Shown here: in pieces, positions 33,380 to 42,922 of the stretch
Position numbering within the stretch: the first letter of the stretch is position 1
How the letters are laid out: each line of letters begins with the position of its first letter
Origin: Cenarchaeum sp.
GTDB taxonomy: Archaea; Thermoproteota; Nitrososphaeria; Nitrososphaerales; Nitrosopumilaceae
Length of the DNA stretch: 64,000 nt
Direction of reading: 5' to 3'
Assembly: GCA_965242695.1 (NCBI GenBank)
Contig: CBDESU010000001.1
Span: 384,001 to 448,000, forward strand
Notes under the pieces: generated by a model
What the model saw: only the letters and a program-made list of their open reading frames with translations
Told to the model about the DNA's origin: nothing
The model's database searches: none
Made by a program: the position numbers and the translations under genes

Positions 33380-34399
33380 GTGCTCGCCGGCATCTACGGC
33401 GGCGCCGCGGCCAAGGCGCCGGCCGTGCGCCGAATCAGGGACGTCCTGGACGAATCGGGGATCAGGGCGGTGTCGATCCCCGCAGGCAGGCCGCGGGCGG
33501 CCGCCTCGTCCGACGTCGATATAGTCATAGCCATGGGCGGCGACAGGGGCGTGCGGGGCTACTTCCACCGCGCCGTCGACCCGCCGCCGGCCCCCGTCCT
33601 GGGCCTCTCCGAGGCCGAGTCGAGCGGCTTTCTCGCGCAGGTCGACACGCGCGAGCTCGGCTCGTTCACCGGCCGGCTGCGCCGCGGCGACTATGCGGTC
33701 GAGGAGGTGCCGCGCCTCGGAGTTCGCATAGACGGCAAGGCGGTCCACCCCGTCCTCAACGACATCGCCGTGTTCCCGTCGCGCAGCGCGATGCTCATGG
33801 AGCACACCCTGCGCGTCGACGGCCGGGAGGTGTGGCACGACAGCAGCGACGGCATCATACTGTCGACGCCGATAGGATCGTCTGCGTACTCCATGTCCGC
33901 AGGCGGGCCGGTCATATTCCAAGAGTCGCGCGTGTTCGGCATAATCTCGGTCAACTCACTCGACGTGACGCGCCGGCCGCTGATCGTCCCGGACGGCAGC
34001 GCCATCGAGGTCGACGACGTCTCGTCGCGGCAGCACTGCGAGGCCGTGCTCGACGGGTCAGACCGCCTGTCGGTGACAAAGTCGGTCGACTGCACAAAGT
34101 CCGAGGCCGGCGCAAGGATAATCCGGATGAGGGAGGACCCGACGGCGATCTCGGCCCTTGCGCGCAAGGTGCACCTGGCAGGCGACCTGCTAAAGATGTC
34201 GCCGAGCTCGAAGCTCATCCTCAAGACGCTAGAGTACGAGGGGCCGCTCTCGCAGAGGGACCTCGCATCAAAGACGCTGCTGCCGGCAAGGACCGTGCGC
34301 CTGGCGCTGCGGCGCCTACAGGACGGGCGGTACGTCCGGCGCCGCGTGTCGGCGCGCGACGCGAGGCAGAAGATATACGAGATATCGAAGATTGCGTAG
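33380..34399 (+). CDS. NAD-kinase-like protein with a C-terminal HTH
   Basis: MGGD, LNDI, DGIILSTPIGSSAYSMSAGGP; wHTH tail (PSSKLILKTLEYEGPLSQ..DARQKIY). Confidence 0.88.
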   Translation: MLAGIYGGAAAKAPAVRRIRDVLDESGIRAVSIPAGRPRAAASSDVDIVIAMGGDRGVRGYFHRAVDPPPAPVLGLSEAESSGFLAQVDTRELGSFTGRLRRGDYAVEEVPRLGVRIDGKAVHPVLNDIAVFPSRSAMLMEHTLRVDGREVWHDSSDGIILSTPIGSSAYSMSAGGPVIFQESRVFGIISVNSLDVTRRPLIVPDGSAIEVDDVSSRQHCEAVLDGSDRLSVTKSVDCTKSEAGARIIRMREDPTAISALARKVHLAGDLLKMSPSSKLILKTLEYEGPLSQRDLASKTLLPARTVRLALRRLQDGRYVRRRVSARDARQKIYEISKIA

Positions 34400-34719
34400 C
34401 GCGCACTTGGCCGCAGGCGGCATCTAGATCCGTGCGATCCGACCGCCGCGCCCCGTGCCGGCCCGCGGCATCTCGACTGTCGGGCACTGACCGGGACGTG
34501 GCTCTGTCCGACCAAGCGGCCCTGTTCTCGACCGACCCGCCTGCGGCATCGCAATTTTGCGGCAGCTGCGCCGGCATCCCTCTTGTCTTTCGTGCGCCGC
34601 CGCAAAGTGCCACATGGCACACGCCTATTCCTTGCGTGCTTGTTTTTGTCCTGCCCGTCATACCTCCTTTTAATCCGCCGTGGGCGGCCGCAGGGCGCCT
34701 GCGTGGGACACCTGCGTGG

Positions 34720-35412
34720 ATGCCAATACCTCGGCGCACTCAAATAATGGGGCGGTCACCGCCCGGCGTGGTTAGCAAGGAAGATGTGGCCGCCAACAAG
34801 CTACGCCTCAGGAAGTCGAGAGATCTGATTGGGAGCCGTCCGTGTGTGGAAAGCACCGGCGACCACGAAAAGCCGGCCTCGTCCTGGCCCGACAAGGGCG
34901 CCGAGGGGGGCGCGGCCGAAGGCCGGCCGCGCCGCGGCCGATCATGGCACCTGCTCGGGAGCCGTCCGTATGTGGAAAGCACCGGCGACCACGAAAAGCC
35001 GGCCTCGTCCTGGCCCGACAAGGGCGCCGAGGGGGGCGCGGCCGAAGGCCGGCCGCGCCGCGGCCGATCATGGCACCTGCTCGGGAGCCGTCCGTATGTG
35101 GAAAGCACCGGCGACCACGAAAAGCCGGCCTCGTCCTGGCCCGACAAGGGCGCCGAGGGGGGCGCGGCCGAAGGCCGGCCGCGCCGCGGCCGATCATGGC
35201 ACCTGCTCGGGAGCCGTCCGTATGTGGAAAGCACCGGCGACCACGAAAAGCCGGCCTCGTCCTGGCCCGACAAGGGCGCCGAGGGGGGCGCGGCCGAAGG
35301 CCGGCCGCGCCGCGGCCGATCGTGGCACCTGCTCGGGAGCCGTCCGTATGTGGAAAGCGACGGCGACCGTGAACAGCCGGCATCGTCCTGCCCAAAGCGA
35401 AAACCGAACTGA
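34720..35412 (+). CDS. Hypothetical protein made of 42-aa tandem repeats
   Basis: Open frame through the 126-bp repeat, with TTTTAAT at about 34668 upstream. Coding status is uncertain. Confidence 0.35.
   Translation: MPIPRRTQIMGRSPPGVVSKEDVAANKLRLRKSRDLIGSRPCVESTGDHEKPASSWPDKGAEGGAAEGRPRRGRSWHLLGSRPYVESTGDHEKPASSWPDKGAEGGAAEGRPRRGRSWHLLGSRPYVESTGDHEKPASSWPDKGAEGGAAEGRPRRGRSWHLLGSRPYVESTGDHEKPASSWPDKGAEGGAAEGRPRRGRSWHLLGSRPYVESDGDREQPASSCPKRKPN
34831..35394. repeat. 126-bp tandem repeat, about 4.5 copies
   Basis: Units start at 34831, 34957, 35083, 35209 and 35335 (the last is partial and diverged). Confidence 0.95.
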
Positions 35413-35766
35413 TGGCATGGGCAGAATGCGCGCTACGCGTTATGACTGCGGCACTGCTTCCTGCATGTCATAATGTGGTCGCGGAATATCCGGCACTTGC
35501 GAGCACGCAGTCCGACAGGGCGTGGTGTACCTGTGTCGCACACCCTCTTCCAGCCTGGCGGGGTGGGGCGATGGGCATGCCGCCGCGCCGGCTTGCCTGT
35601 AGATCGTGCACACACTGCCTGTCATGTGCCCTGCACTCGCTTTCGACCCTCACCATTAGTTCCGGCATGCAATACCGCGGCGAATCGCTAGTATGGTCCG
35701 TGCCGCAGCCTCTCGCGGTATCGGCCGAGGCGCACAGTGCATGTGCGCCAATTGAGGGGCGCGTGC

Positions 35767-37461
35767 CTACTGCCGCCCACCGGAGCGGGGCGCGCTGGAG
35801 TCGGCCTTTGCCCTTTCCCCTTGTCTGCCCGCCGCCGCGGCGCGTATGAACGCCTCGAACGCCGCCTCGGGGTAGCCGGGCCTGCTGCTGAACTCGGGGT
35901 GGAACTGCACGCCGACGAAGAACGGGTGCGACGGTATCTCGAGTATCTCCATCATCGCGCCGCCGCCGCCCGACTCTGCCGTCTCCCCCGTAAAGGCCAT
36001 GCCGGCATCCTCGAAGCGCTTCCTGTACCCGTTGTTGAACTCGTACCGGTGGCGGTGCCTGCGCGATATCTCGCCGGCCCCGTACATGCGGGCCGCGGCC
36101 GAGCCGGTGGCGAGCCGTATCCTTGATGCGCCGAGCCGCAGCGAGCCGCCCATGTCGCCGCCGTCGCGCTGCCCCTCCAGCAGGTCGACTACGGGATCGC
36201 GCGCATCCCTGTCGATCTCGGTCGTGTCGGCCCCCTCCAGCCCTAGAACGGACCGTGCGAATGCGACGGCGGCCAGCTGGAACCCGAAGCATATGCCAAG
36301 GTACGGCACGCGCGACTCCCTTGCATAGTCGGCCGCGGCAATGATGCCGGCGGCCCCCCTCGTGCCGAACCCGCCGGGCACGAGTATCCCGTCGTACCCC
36401 GACAGGGCCGCGCCCGTCCCGAGCGGGTCGACGAGCTCCGAGTCGAGCCAGTCGATCTCGACCGGCACGCCTGCCCCAGCCCCGGCGTGGGACAGGGCGT
36501 GGTTGACGCTCACGTAGCTGTCCGCGAGCGTCACGTACTTGCCGACCATGGCGATCTTGACGGGGGCCGGCACCCCCTCGCCCCCTGCAGCGGCTGCCGC
36601 CGAGCCGACTATCGCATCCCACTCGTCCCAGTGCGCCGACGTGTCGACGAGCCCGAATATGCCGAACTTTGCGAGCAGCGAAGAGACTATTCCCTGGCCG
36701 TGGAGCATCCTCGGCACCTCGAATATCGACCTCGCGTCGTGGCACGACAGGACGTCGTCGGGCGCGACGTTCGTGAACATCGACATCTTTTCCCTCGTCC
36801 TCGGCTCCAGCTGCGCCGAGCACCTCACGGCAAGGTAGTCCGGCTGTATGCCGATCCTCCTGAGCTCCTGCACGCTGTGCTGCGTCGGCTTTGTCTTCTG
36901 CTCGCCTACGACGTCAAGGGACGGCGCGAGCGTGACGTGGACGAACGCGACGCCGTCGGGCCCCTCCTCGGCCCTCATCTGCCTGAGCGCCTCCAGGAAC
37001 GGCAGGCTCTCGATGTCGCCCACGGTCCCGCCGCACTCGACGACGAGCATGTCGAGGCGCTCGCCGTCCGCTATGCGGCGTATCCTGGCCTTTATCTCGT
37101 CGGTCACGTGGGGTATGATCTGCACGCATGCGCCGAGGTACTTGCCGCGCCTCTCGGACTCGATCACCGAAGAGTAGACCTGCGCGGTCGTAATGTTGTG
37201 GTCCCTCGTCATGTTCTGGTTGAGGAACCTCTCGTAGTTGCCGACGTCCATGTCGCACTCGCCGCCGTCCTCGGTGACGAACACCTCGCCGTGCGCGACG
37301 GGGTTCATCGTGCCCGCGTCGTAGTTGAGGTAGGGGTCTATCTTGACGCACGACGTCCTCTGGCCGGACAGCTGGAGGAGCTTTGCAATCGACGACGTAA
37401 CGACGCCCTTGCCGAGGCCGGACATTACGCCTCCCGTCACGAAGACGTACCGCGTCCGCAC
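35767..37461 (-). CDS. pyrG: CTP synthase
   Basis: [53 protein letters not shown]. Confidence 0.97.
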   Translation of the reverse strand: MRTRYVFVTGGVMSGLGKGVVTSSIAKLLQLSGQRTSCVKIDPYLNYDAGTMNPVAHGEVFVTEDGGECDMDVGNYERFLNQNMTRDHNITTAQVYSSVIESERRGKYLGACVQIIPHVTDEIKARIRRIADGERLDMLVVECGGTVGDIESLPFLEALRQMRAEEGPDGVAFVHVTLAPSLDVVGEQKTKPTQHSVQELRRIGIQPDYLAVRCSAQLEPRTREKMSMFTNVAPDDVLSCHDARSIFEVPRMLHGQGIVSSLLAKFGIFGLVDTSAHWDEWDAIVGSAAAAAGGEGVPAPVKIAMVGKYVTLADSYVSVNHALSHAGAGAGVPVEIDWLDSELVDPLGTGAALSGYDGILVPGGFGTRGAAGIIAAADYARESRVPYLGICFGFQLAAVAFARSVLGLEGADTTEIDRDARDPVVDLLEGQRDGGDMGGSLRLGASRIRLATGSAAARMYGAGEISRRHRHRYEFNNGYRKRFEDAGMAFTGETAESGGGGAMMEILEIPSHPFFVGVQFHPEFSSRPGYPEAAFEAFIRAAAAGRQGERAKADSSAPRSGGRQ

Positions 37462-37864
37462 ATTGCGCGGGCCGCCTGCGAGCTTTTAACCGTTTGGCGC
37501 CGGCCCGGAGCCCCCGTCGGCATGAGCTCAGGTCCCCCCCATCCGCATGCCCCTCCCTAGGCGTGCCGCCGCCCCTCTGCCTAGTGCGCATGCCAGGGCA
37601 TGGCCCGTTCCGCCGGCATCTTGAGGCCGCGTGACGGCGGCCATGTGGCCGCGCGGCCCCCGAGCCGGCGTTCTTGAGCCTGCTGCCGCTGCTGCCGGCA
37701 GGAGCCGCGCACGGCGGCGGCCATGTGGCCGCGCGCGGCCGCCCTCGGCGGCGCCTCCCGGGAAGGCAAGTCACAGGTTTTTTACAAGATTGTTAAGAAT
37801 TGTTTACACGGCAGATGATAAGCGGAGCGCGGCCGGACGGGTCGAGAGGGGGAGAGAGGCGGGC

Positions 37865-40483
37865 GTGCCACATGTCGACAAGGACGGCGGGAGGAGCATA
37901 GACGTCATGTGCGCCTGCTGCCCTGCCGTCACCCGGATACGGCTCGAGCCGGATGCGCATGGGAGGGAAAAGGCCCTGCTGCGCGCCGAGATCGCAAGTC
38001 TGATCCGCCTGGTCCACAGGCTCAAGGCAGAGTTTGAGGACTACAAGGTCCGGGCGGACATTGCCAGGACGGAAGATGCAGGCAGGTTCATGGAGATGGC
38101 CGTCGAGATCTCGAAGGCCGGCGCCGAGCACCTGCGCACGGCAGACGACATGTCGCGGGATCTCGACGCGATCAAGTGGCAGATCGACGCCATAAAGGGC
38201 AACCACAACCCCAAGGACCTTGCCAAGCTGGCCGAGCTGGAGGCGCTGGTGCGCAAGCTCAAGAAGAGGCTCGAGTACTACGAGACGCCCAACAGCCGGC
38301 GCGGCATGCCGTCCCTGTACAACCCGCTGGCCAAGGCGTTCGACAGGGAGCAGGCAGAGTCGTGCGGGCGCCCCAGGCCCGATGCGGCGCTGGGCCCTCC
38401 CATGGGCCACCCCGGCGCCTCGCACCGCCTAAAGCCCGAAAAGGTCGTCCGCTACCCCATCTTCGAGTGCCTGCACTGCGGCCGCGCCACGTACGCCCAC
38501 CAGGCCAAGCAGCCCGAGTCGAAGACGTTCGTCGAGATCGGCGAGGACGACGGGCGCGTCCACGTGTGGCAGCTGATCGTCTGCAGGTTGTGGTGCTCAA
38601 AGTGCCACGAGTGGTCGCGCGCGCCGGACGCGCCGGACCTGAAGGGCACCTGGTTCGGCCCCGTCATGCTCTCAAAGATGCTCGTCCTGTACGCGCTTGC
38701 CGCGACGGACCGCAAGCTGTCGCGCTACCTGGAGAGCCTGCTCGGGACGTCGGCGTGCGCCTCGGCGCTGTGGAACGGGCGCAGGGCGGCCGCGCGCATC
38801 CTCGAGCCGTTCATGAAGCACCTTGAAAGGCTGCTCACGTCCACGGGATGGGGCCACTTTGACGAGACGACGATGCGCATGTTCGGCAGGCAGGGCTACC
38901 TGTGGCTGCTCACGGTGGCGTGCGCGGCCATGGTCGTGGCGCGCCCCTCGCGCGGCAAGGGCATATTCGACGAGGAGTTTGCGTTCGCGCGCCAGCTGGC
39001 AGGCGTCGTCGACGGCTACAAGGTGTACGAGATCATCCTCGGCGAGATCCAGCGGTGCTGGCGCCATGTCATCAACAACTTCAAGAAGGCCGCCATCGTG
39101 AGCGACGATCCCGCCGTCAGGTTGGCGTACCACGAGTTCTGCTCCCTGTACGAGCGCGTAAGCGGGATGGACACGGCGCCCGAGGAGGAGCGCGACTCCA
39201 TAGTCCAGAGGGCGCTGGCCATAGCGGGGCGCCTGCCAAAGGGCCACCCGTCGCGCGTCGAGATAGAGAACGCGGCCAAGAACTTGGTCACGTTCCTGAT
39301 GTTCAAGGACATGCCGCCGACGAACAACCCCGGCGAGAGCGACGTGCGGCGCGTGCCCGTCGCGCAGCGCAACGTGCGCTACCAGCTCCGCACCGTCGAG
39401 GGGGCAAGGGTGTTCTCGGTCATACTCTCGTTCATACTCACGTGCGACAAGCAGGGCATTCCGCTCGACGAGGCGTTCGTCGCGCTCGCCCGCGGCGCCG
39501 ACCCGGCCGACATATTCAAGGTCGGGCAGGTCGCGCCGAACCGGTGGGGTGGCGCCGGGAAGCCAGCAAGGCCTGGGAGGGGCCCCCTCGACGGCCCGAT
39601 GCCGCCCGAGTGCATCGCGGCGGCCCGGGCGGGCGGCGGCAGCGGGGGTAAAGGGGCGGCCGCGGATGCCGCGGCCGCGGATGCGAGCATCAGGGCGGCC
39701 GCGGAGGCGGCCAGGGCCGTGGAGGCCGCGGCCGCGGATGCGAGCATCAGGGCGGCCGCGGAGGCGGCCAGGGCCGTGGAGGCCGCGGCCGCGGATGCGA
39801 GCATCAGGGCGGCCGCGGAGGCGGCCAGGGCCGTGGAGGCCGCGGCCGCGGATGCGAGCATCAGGGCGGCCGCGGAGGCGGCCAGGGCCGTGGAGGCCGC
39901 GGCCGCGGATGCGAGCATCAGGGCGGCCGCGGAGGCGAGCATCAGGGCGGCCGCGGAGGCGGCCAGGGCCGTGGAGGCCGCGGCCGCGGATGCGAGCATC
40001 AGGGCGGCCGCGGAGGCGGCCAGGGCCGTGGAGGCCGCGGCCGCGGATGCGAGGATCCAAGAGGCCGTGGCCGTTGCAATCGCCCTGCATGCCCGGCAGT
40101 CCCCGCAAGCCCCTCGAGTAATGCCACGAACGGCATCGCAAGCCCACTGGAGCAGGGCCGCTCCGTCCCAGGCAGCTCCATCGATCCGCCTCCGCGCCGA
40201 CAGCCGCCGGTCGATGCCGCGATTGCTGCGTGCGCCGCGTCCTGCACCCGCCAGGCTGCGGCACCCTCCGAAGCCTCCACCGCCGAGCATGCGGCGATGC
40301 GGCACCCCGCAGAGGCGAAGGCGAAGGCCTGGCAACTGGCATGTGCCGATCAAGCCGTCCGTACCGCCCCCCTGCAAGTCCGATGACCCGGAAGTCCGGG
40401 TTCATGGCGCCAAGACGACTCGGCTAGACCTGCCGCAGTACCAGGGGACGGGGGTCCACGACCCGTCCCCGACTGGGGTTTGA
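37865..40483 (+). CDS. IS66-family transposase (TnpC-like) with a long repetitive C-terminal tail
   Basis: Coiled coil, GHPG, CLHC/CSKC zinc finger, DETT, YLW, DGY, QRCWRH, PPTNNPGE. Start uncertain (GTG 37865 or ATG 37907). Confidence 0.88.
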   Translation: MPHVDKDGGRSIDVMCACCPAVTRIRLEPDAHGREKALLRAEIASLIRLVHRLKAEFEDYKVRADIARTEDAGRFMEMAVEISKAGAEHLRTADDMSRDLDAIKWQIDAIKGNHNPKDLAKLAELEALVRKLKKRLEYYETPNSRRGMPSLYNPLAKAFDREQAESCGRPRPDAALGPPMGHPGASHRLKPEKVVRYPIFECLHCGRATYAHQAKQPESKTFVEIGEDDGRVHVWQLIVCRLWCSKCHEWSRAPDAPDLKGTWFGPVMLSKMLVLYALAATDRKLSRYLESLLGTSACASALWNGRRAAARILEPFMKHLERLLTSTGWGHFDETTMRMFGRQGYLWLLTVACAAMVVARPSRGKGIFDEEFAFARQLAGVVDGYKVYEIILGEIQRCWRHVINNFKKAAIVSDDPAVRLAYHEFCSLYERVSGMDTAPEEERDSIVQRALAIAGRLPKGHPSRVEIENAAKNLVTFLMFKDMPPTNNPGESDVRRVPVAQRNVRYQLRTVEGARVFSVILSFILTCDKQGIPLDEAFVALARGADPADIFKVGQVAPNRWGGAGKPARPGRGPLDGPMPPECIAAARAGGGSGGKGAAADAAAADASIRAAAEAARAVEAAAADASIRAAAEAARAVEAAAADASIRAAAEAARAVEAAAADASIRAAAEAARAVEAAAADASIRAAAEASIRAAAEAARAVEAAAADASIRAAAEAARAVEAAAADARIQEAVAVAIALHARQSPQAPRVMPRTASQAHWSRAAPSQAAPSIRLRADSRRSMPRLLRAPRPAPARLRHPPKPPPPSMRRCGTPQRRRRRPGNWHVPIKPSVPPPCKSDDPEVRVHGAKTTRLDLPQYQGTGVHDPSPTGV
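39668..40053 (+). repeat. 57-bp tandem repeat (19 aa, DASIRAAAEAARAVEAAAA), about 6.5 copies
   Basis: Directly visible; one internal unit is truncated. Confidence 0.92.
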
Positions 40484-40751
40484 CCGATCCGCCAAACGCC
40501 CATTCCTAGCCGTCGTTTCCGCTGCCAAACAGCCGCCATCAAGCATCATGCTGGCGCAGAACGACGCCCAGGCCGGCGCCGTGCGGCGCCGCCAGCCCAT
40601 GTCCGTCGGCAGTGTGTCCGCATCCGGCCCCTCCTGCACCGCCCTCATGCAAACCACTCGGCGATCGCCCGGCATTGCCTGTCGTCCTAGACGGAACGCA
40701 TGCCATGCGGTACGCCGCCAAGATGCCGGCAGGTCCACGCCGGCCTAGGCG

Positions 40752-41144
40752 TCACACAGGTAGGGGACCTGAGCTCATGCCCCCGTCGGGGCGCCGGCCG
40801 CGCGAGTCGAGCGACATGACGGCGCGCTCGACGAGGGCCGAGGCGCCGAGGTGCCCGACAAGGAACCTGCCTGCATCCTCGAGCGCGCCGCGCCCCCTGT
40901 ACCCCTCGTCGTAGGCAAGCTCGGCCGTGCCGGCGTCGGTCTCGACCACGGCCGTTATGAGCGAGTACGGGCCGCGCGGCCCGCCCGCACGCTCGACGTA
41001 CTCGCACAGTCGTATGGCCGTGACGGTGCGGCCGCGCGCGCGCACCGTCCCCCTGCCGCCCCCGCGCGCCGGCAGCACATCGAACACGCCGTCGGGCCGC
41101 CTGCCGGCGATCCTGCCGGGCGGCACATCCGAGACTCTGATCAC
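40752..41144 (-). CDS. Hypothetical protein; the last codons are supplied by the IS66 end
   Basis: Globular-looking 130 aa (GPYSLITAVVETDAG..YDEGYRG), divergent from a shared AT-rich box at about 41160. Confidence 0.65.
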   Translation of the reverse strand: MIRVSDVPPGRIAGRRPDGVFDVLPARGGGRGTVRARGRTVTAIRLCEYVERAGGPRGPYSLITAVVETDAGTAELAYDEGYRGRGALEDAGRFLVGHLGASALVERAVMSLDSRGRRPDGGMSSGPLPV

Positions 41145-41187
41145 GCAGCGGGCAACGAGTTAATAGTATAGGTGCGTTTGCCCGCCC

Positions 41188-42420
41188 GTGAAGCGCAGCC
41201 CGCCGGCCCGGCAGGCGCGGGGCGGGGTGCACGGCGGCGACGCGCGCCACTCGTTCACCGGCAGCGACATTCCGCGCATGCGCCTCGGCAGGGGCACCTC
41301 CGTTACCGACCTGCTCGACATGTACGCGCGCACGGGGTACAACGGCAGGCGCCTGGGCGAGGCGGCCCGGATGTTTGCGAGGATGATAGACGAGGGCGCC
41401 ACCGTGTGCCTTACGGTCTCGGGCGCCCTCACGCCGGTCGGGTTCGGCGGCATCTTCCAGGACCTCATCGAGCGCGGCTTTGTCGACTGGATCGTCGCGA
41501 CGGGGGCCAACGTGTACCACGAGGACCACTTTGCGTGGGGCCTGCCCGTCCGCCAGGGCAGCTCGGACGCCGACGATGCCGTCCTGTACGACCGCGAGAT
41601 CGTCCGCATACGCGACGTCTACATAAAGTTCTACGAGACGCTAGAGGCCGAGGACCAGATAGTCCAGAGGGCGTTCCGCGACCGCTTGGCCGACGGCGAG
41701 CCGTTCACGACCGCCGAGTTCTGCAACGCGCTCGGCGAGGTCTCGCGGCGGCACGCGCCGCACCCCGAGAACAGCTTCGTGGCCGCCGCGCACCGGTACG
41801 ACGTGCCGGTCTACATCTCGACGCTAAAGGACTCTTCGCTCGCGCTGAACCTTGCCGTGCACCGCCTGCGCGGCAAGGTGTACGGCGTCGACGTGGCGCG
41901 CGAGGTGCTAGAGCAGGCCGCGATAGTCCACTCCTCGAAGAGCTCGGGAATACTAGAGCTCGGCGGCGGCGTGCCAAAGAACACCGCGCAGCAGACGGGG
42001 CCGCTGCTCGACCAGATACTGCGGCGCGGGCACGGCGGCCAGGACTATATCGTCCAGGTCACCGACGCGCGGCCCGACACGGGCGGGCTGTCGGGGGCGA
42101 CCCTGGAGGAGGGCAAGAGCTGGGGCAAGGTGCGCGATGCGCGCGGCGGGACGGTGACGGTGTACGCCGATGCGACGGTGGCGTTTCCCCTGCTCGCGCT
42201 GTACGCGATAAGAAAGTGCAGGCGCCGCCGGCCCAAGCGCCTGTACAGGCACGTCCGTGGCATGTACGACCGGCTCAGGGACGACTACTTCAAGGATCCC
42301 GACGAGTTTTACGGCCTGCTCGACGACTCGTACCGGCCGACGGCGGCCGGGGCCGCGGCCCGCCTGGCCCGGGGGCGGCGGAAAAAGGCGGGGGCGGCGG
42401 TGCGCGCGCCGGCTATCTAG
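41188..42420 (+). CDS. Deoxyhypusine synthase-family protein (possibly homospermidine-type)
   Basis: SGAL, TGAN, GGGVPKN, DARPDTGGLSGAT..E..SWGK, YADAT. Confidence 0.88.
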   Translation: MKRSPPARQARGGVHGGDARHSFTGSDIPRMRLGRGTSVTDLLDMYARTGYNGRRLGEAARMFARMIDEGATVCLTVSGALTPVGFGGIFQDLIERGFVDWIVATGANVYHEDHFAWGLPVRQGSSDADDAVLYDREIVRIRDVYIKFYETLEAEDQIVQRAFRDRLADGEPFTTAEFCNALGEVSRRHAPHPENSFVAAAHRYDVPVYISTLKDSSLALNLAVHRLRGKVYGVDVAREVLEQAAIVHSSKSSGILELGGGVPKNTAQQTGPLLDQILRRGHGGQDYIVQVTDARPDTGGLSGATLEEGKSWGKVRDARGGTVTVYADATVAFPLLALYAIRKCRRRRPKRLYRHVRGMYDRLRDDYFKDPDEFYGLLDDSYRPTAAGAAARLARGRRKKAGAAVRAPAI

Positions 42421-42424
42421 GTGC

Positions 42425-42637
42425 TTATCCCCTGTCGTACCTTGCGCGCTCCAGGTCGCGATCGCCCCTTGTCTCCTTTTTCCACTCCCTGTAGTGGGTC
42501 CTGCACAGGACGGCCTTCTTGGCCGACGTGGACAGGTCCATCCCGGCATCGTCGACCTTGCGCGCGTTGAGAGACCTGACGCCGTCGTTGTCGCACCCGG
42601 ACACGTCGCACTTTGCGCCCCTTGCTATGACGCCCAT
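42425..42637 (-). CDS. Small putative zinc-binding protein
   Basis: C-x4-C...C-x2-H (CDVSGC, LCRTHY); TTAAATA box about 25 nt upstream. Confidence 0.75.
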   Translation of the reverse strand: MGVIARGAKCDVSGCDNDGVRSLNARKVDDAGMDLSTSAKKAVLCRTHYREWKKETRGDRDLERARYDRG

Positions 42638-42922
42638 GGCACGGGTGCCGACGGGCCGTATTTAAGTCGGGCGTGCGCGTCGCACCCTTGGGCGCAGCGC
42701 TCCGGCCGGCAGCGGAATGCGTGCATGCGGATGCCGCGTGCAGGCCGGGGCGCGCGGCGGCGCAAATGGCGGCGCGCGCCGCCGCAGGCTGCGCAATGGG
42801 CGCAGGATCGGAATCGACCGGCGGCGGTGGGGCGCAGGCCGCCCTGGATGCGGCGGCACAAGGTGCGAACGGCAGAGGGCTTGGCTGGCTGCCCGCGGCC
42901 CGCGGCGAGCGGCGCCCTGGGA

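Larger units (their letters stand above)
37520..40780 (+). mobile_element. Single-ORF IS66-family element (ISBst12-like organisation), 3261 bp
   Basis: Perfect 18-bp TIR GCATGAGCTCAGGTCCCC (37520-37537, 40763-40780); 8-bp TSD CCCCGTCG (37512-19, 40781-88). Confidence 0.92.

Noticed and set aside
34831-35394. CRISPR array
   Set aside because: Whole 126-bp units are near-identical, so there are no unique spacers, and no cas genes are present.
37556-40752. CCTAGGCGT direct repeat as the IS66 target duplication
   Set aside because: Both copies lie inside the element defined by the 18-bp TIR and the CCCCGTCG TSD.
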